A stretch of 32,000 bases of DNA. Source: Okeania sp. (lineage in GTDB: Bacteria > Cyanobacteriota > Cyanobacteriia > Cyanobacteriales > Microcoleaceae). Location of the stretch: contig NZ_JAYKGW010000193.1 in NCBI RefSeq assembly GCF_035285525.1, forward strand, positions 14,824-46,823, given 5' to 3'. A program made the translations under genes and the position numbers. Positions 25,861-32,000 of this stretch are shown here, one piece after another; the first letter of the stretch is position 1, and each line of letters begins with the position of its first letter. Below the pieces are notes generated by a model. The model made no database searches. It was not told where the DNA came from and worked only from the letters and a program-made list of their open reading frames with translations.

Positions 25861-26000
25861 TCAACCTTAAGGAATAAATTTAAACGAATATAGACTTAAA
25901 AACAGGATTTTGTAGTCAAATAAAATTTCTGATTGATCGGGAACCGCATCATAAAGCTTTTATTAGAAATTAAAAGTAATAGCTGATGGTTGAATGCTTA
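25861..26000. repeat. Dispersed repeat homologous to 13831-13986
   Basis: See 13645-13986. It ends in AATAGCTGATGGTTGAATGCTTAC. Confidence 0.7.
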
Positions 26001-26007
26001 CTTAATT

Positions 26008-26099
26008 AGGACTTACGCAAAGCAAGGTATTTCTGTCATTGGGAGCGACAGTGAAGCAATCTTAAAATAACCAAAATTCCTTCCCAATGCGTAAGTCCT
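26008..26099. mobile_element. ~90-bp palindromic element with AGGACTTACGCA ... TGCGTAAGTCCT ends
   Basis: The ends are exact reverse complements. Related copies are at 26308-26392, 27386-27475 and 31617-31706. Fragments are at 7389-7400, 16058-16113, 26208-26265, 30058-30072 and 31836-31850. Confidence 0.7.
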
Positions 26100-26207
26100 G
26101 TTAATAATAAAGATTATAGTTCAGTAGGGTGGGTTTTGCTGCGCAACATATTTGCGGAGCATTCCGTCAGGAAAAAGGCGACGGCCGTAACGCACCACTA
26201 TATAATC

Positions 26208-26392
26208 AGGATTTACGCAACGACACTAGATATGGTGCTTACAACCTCATACGCAATAGTTAGGGTTTGGAGACCAAACCCCTACGGTAACTCATAACTG
26301 ACAGAACTTATGCAATGACACTAGATATGGTGCTTAAAACCCCATAAGCAATGGTTTTTTGACTCTATATATAGTACCTTTGCGTAAGTCCT
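26208..26392. mobile_element. Half copy plus full copy of the AGGACTTACGCA element, separated by an AGGGTTTGGAGACCAAACCCCT hairpin
   Basis: Read directly. The internal block GACACTAGATATGGTGCTTA.AACC occurs twice. Confidence 0.6.
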
Positions 26393-26520
26393 GACTGAAA
26401 AAGGGCGGGTTTTACCGTCTCTGTAGGGGTGGGTCTCGTTAATGAAGCTCACGAGTCTTCACTTTAAGCTAGCTAGCCCCCCTATAGGTTAAGATGGCAA
26501 TCCCACACATCTAAATACAA

Positions 26521-26551
26521 GAAACCCGGTTTTTTGAAAAAACCGGGTTTC
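26521..26551 (-). terminator. GAAACCCGGTTTTTT g AAAAAACCGGGTTTC hairpin; possible terminator of 26590-26997
   Basis: Perfect palindrome 39 nt downstream of the stop. It belongs to the same hairpin family as 7402-7434. Confidence 0.4.
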
Positions 26552-26589
26552 TGGCTCCCCATACCCCTCCCACAACCACTACACTCCTC

Positions 26590-26997
26590 TTATATGGGAA
26601 ATCTCAACCAACGATTGATAAAATTATTCAGGCGATCGCTCACATTAGGTTTTGGGAAATTTCCATTTTCAGTATATTTTTTAACTAATTGATGACCAAG
26701 GGGGGTTAGACGAAAACTATCAGTAATTCCTTGTCCATCAACTTCTCGTCTGAGTACCCCTACTTGGATTAACCATAAAAGATAATTTTCAGCAACTAAT
26801 TCTGATACAAGATAATTTGTGTAGTTATTTTTTAATCCAGTATGAGCAGCTATTGATTTTAATTCCACACTTTGAGAACTCATTGCTACAAATAACTTTA
26901 GATTAAATGGGCTAGAAAATAGCGCTCTTTCAGCTCTTTTTTTAGTAGGATTTGGGTATTCCAGTGAAGTTAAGTTTGGGGATTTTACAGAGGTCAT
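26590..26997 (-). CDS. Conserved cyanobacterial hypothetical protein; true start may be the internal ATG at 26883
   Basis: 135-aa ORF. The segment from MSSQSVELKSIAAHTGL...YLLWLIQVGVLRREVDGQG...FRLTPLG looks like a small winged-helix-like domain. The first 38 codons are low-complexity. Confidence 0.6.
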   Translation of the reverse strand: MTSVKSPNLTSLEYPNPTKKRAERALFSSPFNLKLFVAMSSQSVELKSIAAHTGLKNNYTNYLVSELVAENYLLWLIQVGVLRREVDGQGITDSFRLTPLGHQLVKKYTENGNFPKPNVSDRLNNFINRWLRFPI

Positions 26998-27115
26998 AAT
27001 AAATTTTATATGTAAATAATTAATTGTTCATTATCTATAGGTTTTAGCAGAGATTTCCCTGCTTAACCTCAGATTTAGCTAAACCCGCTCTAATGTAATA
27101 TTTTATAGAACTCCT

Positions 27116-27149
27116 CACCGTATCTTTGCAAAGAAAGGTGTGTTTTTTT
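27116..27149 (+). terminator. Orphan plus-strand intrinsic terminator preceded by ACTCCTCAC
   Basis: CACCGTATCTTTGCAAAGAAAGGTG hairpin followed by TGTTTTTTT. No plus-strand CDS lies upstream. Confidence 0.4.
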
Positions 27150-27240
27150 GTCAAAGAAGTAAGTCAGAAGTCAACCCACCTCTAACCCCTCCCAGGAGGG
27201 GACATAGGGAAAAAGCTAGAATTAGAGCCTTATATTCACT

Positions 27241-27352
27241 ATCTCCCCATCCCCCCATCTCCCCATCTCCCCATCTCCCCATCTCCCCATCTCCCCATCT
27301 CCCCATCTCTCCATCTCTCCATCTCCCCATCTCCCCATTCCCCCATCCCCCA
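27241..27352. repeat. Tandem octamer array (ATCTCCCC and variants), 14 units
   Basis: Counted directly. It creates the spurious Pro/Ser-rich ORF 27140-27439. A three-unit relative in reverse complement lies at about 7031-7054. Confidence 0.95.
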
Positions 27353-27385
27353 ACTAATTTTAGAGACCCGTTTAGGGGTTCTATC

Positions 27386-27475
27386 GGACTGACGCACCAG
27401 ACGCTATATCTAGCTCAACTATTGCGCAATAGTTTTTGAACTCTATAGATAGATGTTACCTTTGCGTCAGCCCTG
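27386..27475. mobile_element. Copy of the ~90-bp AGGACT(T/G)ACGCA palindromic element
   Basis: GGACTGACGCA...TGCGTCAGCCC ends, with internal CAATAGTTTTTGAACTCTATA shared with 31617-31706. Confidence 0.65.
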
Positions 27476-27557
27476 TTTTGGTTGGGTTGAGGAACGAAAC
27501 CCAACCTACATCTAATTATGTACTCGGGTTTTAAAAATGTGCATTAGCAAAGACACC

Positions 27558-27621
27558 GTAGGGGCGGGTTTATATAAATCCTAGAGTAAGCATGAAAATT
27601 TCTGATCAAACCCGCCCCTAC
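27558..27621. repeat. GTAGGGGCGGGTTT ... AAACCCGCCCCTAC long hairpin element
   Basis: 14-bp inverted ends. The same element lies in reverse orientation at 31892-31951, and a third copy starts at 31975. Confidence 0.75.
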
Positions 27622-27676
27622 CCCATGCACCATTTTAGATGAAACAGTCCACTACATCTAAACTAAATCTTTTGGT

Positions 27677-27710
27677 GAGGGTTTGGAGACCAAACCCCTA
27701 CTGTTTTTTT
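27677..27710 (+). terminator. AGGGTTTGGAGACCAAACCCCT hairpin plus T7 (dispersed hairpin family)
   Basis: 8-bp GC-rich stem followed by CTGTTTTTTT. Family members are at 11163-11200 (also followed by T7), 26262-26283 and a half copy at 19153-19171. Confidence 0.4.
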
Positions 27711-27784
27711 CACAAATAAAAAGTTTTCAGGGATTGCACAATATTTTAAAATAATGAAATGTTTTAATTATAAGGAGGAAATCT

Positions 27785-28225
27785 ATGGCTTTATCTGTTG
27801 GCACTAAAGCACCTGAATTTACAGTCAAAGATACTAATGGCAATACTGTTTCTTTATCGGATTTTGCTGGAAAAACAGTAGTTATGTATTTTTATCCTAA
27901 AGATGATACTCCTGGTTGCACCAAGGAAGCTCAAAGTTTCCGGGACAACTATGCTGAATATCAAGACAAAGATATGGTTGTTCTTGGTGTCAGTATGGAT
28001 GATGAAGCTTCCCACCAAGCATTTACTGAGAAATATGGTTTACCATTCCAATTATTAGCAGATGTTGATGGTGCTATTACTAAAGCTTACGATGTAGAAG
28101 GTGGTGGATACTCTAAGCGCGTTACTTATATTATTGATGCTGAAGGAACAATTTCTCACGTTGATGAAAAGGTGAAAACTGCTAGTCATGCTCAAGATAT
28201 TTTAAACGTTATTAGTGCTAAATAA
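27785..28225 (+). CDS. bcp: Thiol peroxidase, Bcp/PrxQ-type peroxiredoxin
   Basis: 146-aa ORF with GGAGG upstream. It has FYPKDDTPGCTKEA carrying the peroxidatic Cys. Confidence 0.9.
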   Translation: MALSVGTKAPEFTVKDTNGNTVSLSDFAGKTVVMYFYPKDDTPGCTKEAQSFRDNYAEYQDKDMVVLGVSMDDEASHQAFTEKYGLPFQLLADVDGAITKAYDVEGGGYSKRVTYIIDAEGTISHVDEKVKTASHAQDILNVISAK

Positions 28226-28297
28226 TGTTTTGTTAATTGTTTAGTATCCAAGAAACTTTTTTATATTTGAACTTGGTTACTTAATTATTTAATTAGT

Positions 28298-28329
28298 AGG
28301 GGTTTGCTTGAAAAAACCTCTATTTTTTT
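28298..28329 (+). terminator. Intrinsic terminator after bcp
   Basis: AGGGGTTT gcttgaa AAACCTCT (8 bp, one G-U) followed by ATTTTTTT. It lies 73 nt after the stop. Confidence 0.5.
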
Positions 28330-28456
28330 AGCGATCGCTATTTTGAATTTTCCAACGACATTAGCAAAAATAAAGCTTTATTAGTTGAGATCAATTGAAT
28401 CTTATTATTAAAGCATTTACTGCGAAATACTTACAATTTTTATAATCAAATAAAAC

Positions 28457-28814
28457 TTAAGCATTCAGCTATTAGCATTTTCTTTCCTGCGAAATGCTTC
28501 CCAAACAGCCATCAGCTTTTAAGCTTATGTAAGCAATAACTCAAGTTAGGTTATCGCCAATTTAAGTAATGAATTTTAATTCTTCTTAGTGAATAATTTC
28601 CTTATAGTATGATAACTAGACAGTACAAACTTTTAGCAATAATTATTACTAACTAAGGCTTTCAGCTATCTAAAGGTCAGAAACTTTATATTCGGAACTT
28701 TAAGTGCTGCAAGCCTTTTCTAAAAATACTTTCAGTATATTATCCAATTCTAAATTCTAAATTTGTACTCTCCAGTATGATAATGATTTAATAACAAATA
28801 GCTGAATGCTTACA
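28457..28814. mobile_element. MITE-like element with TAAGCATTCAGCTATT inverted termini
   Basis: 28458-28476 and 28798-28813 are inverted copies of the same terminus as in 12090-12281. Confidence 0.5.
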
Positions 28815-28833
28815 ATAAAACAATTAATTAACT

Positions 28834-29621
28834 ATGAATTTACAAGAACAAAATTGGCATAATTTATTTGGATATCATACCCCAGAAGGAACAGCTTGGT
28901 ATGGTATTTGGACTAAATATTCTGCAAATTTAGAAGTTATAAAATCTCATCAAGGTATCAGAAAATTTTCTGCTAATGAAGATAAAACAGTAATTACTCA
29001 CCGCAATATTTATACTTATGTTGATGGTAGTACCGAAGAAAAGAATGGCAAATTAAGAAAGAAATTGCTAATAAATCTGATGGTGTAATTCATCCGGGAT
29101 TACCATTGACGAGAGCGTTATCTTGTGGTGAGCAGGCTAATGCTGGTATTCTGCCAAAATTAGTATCAGGGAATCGTTTTGGTTGTGAATTATTTTTCCG
29201 GTATGAAAATTTTCGGACTAGCGTTGTTTCTATTTATGAAGAGAATGGGGAGTTAGCAGCATTTACACAAATTCGCGAACATCTTAATAGTTATCCAGAC
29301 GAAAAACCACGAGCAGAATTAAAAGATATATCCGGAATTTGGGTAGGTAAAAAACGGTCTATAACTCCTGATTTACAAATTTCCCAAGAATTAGAAAAAA
29401 TAGACCTGGAATTAGATCCAACGGCTGGTAAAAATAAAACATTTTTTCTGCCTGATGGTATAGTTATCAATGTTCCTGAAAAGCTAAAAATAGGAGAAAA
29501 ATTTGAAATGGTAGTAGGTAAAATGATGATAGAAAATAAGTATAAACGAATGACCGTGAAATACAATCAAAATGGTGAATTTATTCAGTTAATTTCTGAA
29601 GTTTTTGACCAGAAAAATTAA
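28834..29621 (+). pseudogene. DUF3598 family gene split by a single frameshift (or a homopolymer sequencing error)
   Basis: ORFs 28834-29088 and 29106-29621 are one reading frame interrupted near GAAGAAAAGAATGG (about 29035-29048). The downstream frame is already open from 29031 and reads KEWQIKKEIANKSDGVIHPGLPLTRALSCG, continuing the DUF3598-like N-terminus MNLQEQNWHNLFGYHTPEG. Confidence 0.65.
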
Positions 29622-30150
29622 ACTTAAAAAAAATAAGGAAGGCAGGATGTAGAAGGCAGAACGAAAAGAAATGTTTAAAGGTAAAAGGTTTTTTTCACGG
29701 ATTATCCGAATATGATAAAATTTGCTATTTGGTATAATTTATCTAGTTAATTTCTGAAACTTTTGACCAGAAAGATTAAACTAAAAAAATGTTGATATAC
29801 TTTCTGGAATATTAGCGATCGCTAATCATATCAAATCCGTTTAATTGAAAAAAAAATCTCCAATCTTCATAATTACCTAATCTTTGTCATTCTTTCTTCT
29901 CCTGACTCCTGACTTCTAAAGACTTAAGGAAATTATAACTGTTTAATCGGATTTAATATAATCTCTAGCTTAACTCAAAGAATTAGTATTTGTAGGTTGG
30001 GTTTCGTTACCTCAACCCAACTCATATCACAGCAATAAACCAAATTTCTTAGTCACTTTCCGTAAGTCCTGTAATTATCGGAATTTTGTATAAGTTTTAT
30101 ATCTAAATTATATGATATAATCAGTCAATTACAAAAAATTAAATTTAGCA

Positions 30151-31443
30151 ATGGTAACAAATATCTCTCATAAAAAACCTCTTCCTAACTGGGAAGAATT
30201 ACTACAAATTTCTCAAAAAAATACCACAGCAAAATGGATATTAAGAACAAATAAAAGTCCTAGCACTACCACAATATCTAGTTATCTCGAAGGACTAAAA
30301 CCAGGAGAAAAACCTCCTGTTTTGTTTTATCGAGATACTCATGGTTGGTGTCCTTTTTGCGAAAGAGTTTGGTTAGTTTTAGAAGAAAAACAAATCCCTT
30401 TTGAAGTTGAATTAATTAACTTAAAAGATAAACCACAATGGTACAAAGATATGGTGCCAACTGGGTTAGTTCCTGCCGTAAAAATTGCAGAAGAATTAGT
30501 GTATGAATCTAAAGATATTTTACTTACTTTAGAACAGAAATTTGAGAGTTTTCCCCTATTACCAAAAGAACCTCAAGAAAAGTCTATAGCTTTAGAAATG
30601 ATTGAAAATTTTGACAGTAATGGTTTAATTAAGGCAGGATATTATTTTATCTCTAATTCTCGGTTTAATTCTCAACAGAACACAGAAATAACACCAGAGG
30701 AAAAAGAAGTACAACTGCTAAATTTACAAACAACTTTTGAGGCTAAATTAGACGAGTGTGAGGAAATATTAGGAAAGTATCCTGGTGTTTATTTTATGCC
30801 AGAATTTAGCTTAGTAGACATAATGTATACTCCTGGTCTCAGAAGATTATCAGCAAATTTACCTGTATTTCGGGGGTATTCTATCTATAATAATGTTCGC
30901 TTTCCTCGGATTAATCAATGGCTCATGGCAATCGACCAACGTCAAGCTTATCAACGTATAAAACCAAATACTCAAACTAATAATTTGGTCATGGAAAGTG
31001 TATTTGGTTTACAACCTATTTACGACAGCAAACTAGCACCTAAAATAGATATTAATCAAGAAAAAGATTATCGCATGGAGGCAGCAGGGAGATTAAGTAG
31101 TAATTACCAAACTGTTGTTGCTGATATTGTCAAAAATTCAGGTATTAAAGCATGGGTTAATCAGGAAAATTTACCAACCATTGAGTCAGTTATTGACCTT
31201 TATTTAAGACGTTTAGTTTATTATTTAATTGAGGGAAGTATACCATTATTTTCTGATAGCTCAGTTAATGCTAAAACTGAACCACAAAATGAATTTAAAG
31301 AGAAAACTAATGCTGATGCTGCTGTAGGAGCGATCGCTCTCGCTTTTCTGAGAAATAGAGTTTGCGTACCTCGTGATATGAGTGCAAATTCTGCGGTTGC
31401 TTTGCAAACAGCAATTGATACAATGTTATCTTGTATTTACTAA
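30151..31443 (+). CDS. Glutathione S-transferase-like protein (thioredoxin-fold N-domain with CPFC) with long uncharacterised C-terminal extension
   Basis: 430-aa ORF. GWCPFCERVWLVLEEKQIPFEVELINLKDKPQWY...VPAV is a GST_N/Grx-like motif. The last roughly 150 aa match nothing I recognise. Confidence 0.75.
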   Translation: MVTNISHKKPLPNWEELLQISQKNTTAKWILRTNKSPSTTTISSYLEGLKPGEKPPVLFYRDTHGWCPFCERVWLVLEEKQIPFEVELINLKDKPQWYKDMVPTGLVPAVKIAEELVYESKDILLTLEQKFESFPLLPKEPQEKSIALEMIENFDSNGLIKAGYYFISNSRFNSQQNTEITPEEKEVQLLNLQTTFEAKLDECEEILGKYPGVYFMPEFSLVDIMYTPGLRRLSANLPVFRGYSIYNNVRFPRINQWLMAIDQRQAYQRIKPNTQTNNLVMESVFGLQPIYDSKLAPKIDINQEKDYRMEAAGRLSSNYQTVVADIVKNSGIKAWVNQENLPTIESVIDLYLRRLVYYLIEGSIPLFSDSSVNAKTEPQNEFKEKTNADAAVGAIALAFLRNRVCVPRDMSANSAVALQTAIDTMLSCIY

Positions 31444-31616
31444 AGAAAAGAGGCAATAGGTATGGAGGTAAATAAGAAGAAAGAATTGATAATTTCTGTA
31501 CGATGATTGATTGAATTTTTATTTCTGGAAATCTTTAGTAGTGATTCCGATCGAGTCCTGCGATCGCTGATACAGCAGATTCCAAGCATCAGAAGTACAG
31601 ATTTAATAATAAAATC

Positions 31617-31706
31617 AGGACTTACGGAGCGACTCTAGATATAGTGCTTAAAACTATTGTACAATAGTTTTTCAACTCTACATATAGTACCTCCCGTGTA
31701 AGTCCT
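31617..31706. mobile_element. Copy of the ~90-bp AGGACTTACG palindromic element
   Basis: AGGACTTACGG...CGTGTAAGTCCT ends, with an internal block shared with 27386-27475. Confidence 0.65.
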
Positions 31707-31891
31707 GAAAATATTCTCAGTGCGATTTTTCGCGGGGGTGTACCTCACCAAAATGGAATCTGTTGTAATACCATTTCTCTGTAACAATGCTAATTTTTAC
31801 CCAGACCTGAATTTTCAACAACTGTTTCCTTTTTAGGACTTACGCATTAACGCTATTAGTAGTGCATTGTTTTATCTAAAATGGTGCAATA

Positions 31892-31951
31892 GGTAGGGGC
31901 GGGTTTGATCGGAAATTTTCATAGATTTCTAGGATTTATATAAACCCGCCC
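31892..31951. repeat. GGGGCGGGTTT hairpin element, reverse orientation relative to 27558-27621
   Basis: GTAGGGGCGGGTTTGATCGGAAATTTTCAT...GGATTTATATAAACCCGCCCC aligns with the reverse complement of 27558-27621. The flanks (ATCTAAAATGGTGCA) also match. Confidence 0.7.
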
Positions 31952-32000
31952 CGGAAACGTTGGCTTATATCACTGGGGGCGGGTTTATCTAGTTGACTTG

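Noticed and set aside
26214-26360. Apparent 48-bp target-site duplication flanking the GGGTTTGGAGACC hairpin
   Set aside because: On alignment, the two 48-mers (42/48 identical) are the internal left arms of two adjacent copies of the AGGACTTACGCA palindromic element, one truncated. They are not a duplication made by the insertion.
27140-27439. 99-aa Pro/Ser-rich ORF (PHLPISPSPHLPISPS…)
   Set aside because: It is generated by reading through the 14-unit octamer array. It is low-complexity and starts inside a terminator-like hairpin.
28834-29621. Annotating 28834-29088 and 29106-29621 as two separate genes
   Set aside because: The second ORF only has a TTG start and no RBS. Its frame is open 75 nt further upstream and continues the family sequence of the first ORF. 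A single frameshifted gene explains both.
1-32000. tRNA, rRNA, transposase, integrase, cas or known defence-system genes
   Set aside because: I looked for T-loop-like GGTTCGAATCC motifs, rRNA-like GC-rich blocks and DDE, tyrosine-recombinase or reverse-transcriptase ORFs. None were found in any frame of the supplied track or in the gaps.

Overview
This is an AT-rich chromosomal segment that reads as a filamentous, Nostocales-type cyanobacterium. Supporting signs are the plastid-heritage genes petN, chlP, ycf35 and ycf46, about a dozen HIP1 octamers (GCGATCGC), many STRR-like tandem heptamer tracts, and at least eight families of small palindromic or TIR-bearing repeats. All identifications rest on hand-read motifs, because no homology search was possible.

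I support 23 protein genes (20 on the minus strand) plus 2 decayed genes:
- partial M61 peptidase and a Crp-family regulator
- a small RHH-like gene followed by ycf46 and ycf35
- a two-methyltransferase plus VOC cassette
- a 972-aa GDPD/phytase-like/RTX exoenzyme preceded by a phased Pho-box-like array
- an ECF-type Co/Ni uptake cluster (cbiM, cbiQ, cbiO) with no cbiN, preceded by two exported accessory proteins
- a bacterioferritin-like pseudogene and a membrane protein
- petN, which is absent from the ORF track
- chlP, a secreted SNase-like nuclease and cobQ
- a Ser/Thr kinase with a C-terminal GUN4 domain
- a small conserved hypothetical protein and PrxQ/Bcp
- a frameshifted DUF3598 gene and a long GST-like protein

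I found no rRNA, tRNA, CRISPR array, transposase, integrase or recognisable defence genes.

I do not see a clear-cut novel multi-gene system. The best candidates for follow-up are:
1. the CbiN-less ECF transporter with its two uncharacterised extracytoplasmic partners
2. the putatively Pho-regulated mosaic phosphodiesterase
3. the kinase-GUN4 fusion sitting among tetrapyrrole genes
4. the RHH-Ycf46-Ycf35 trio
5. the very heavy invasion of intercistronic spacers by non-autonomous repeats that carry hairpin and terminator modules, together with local gene decay
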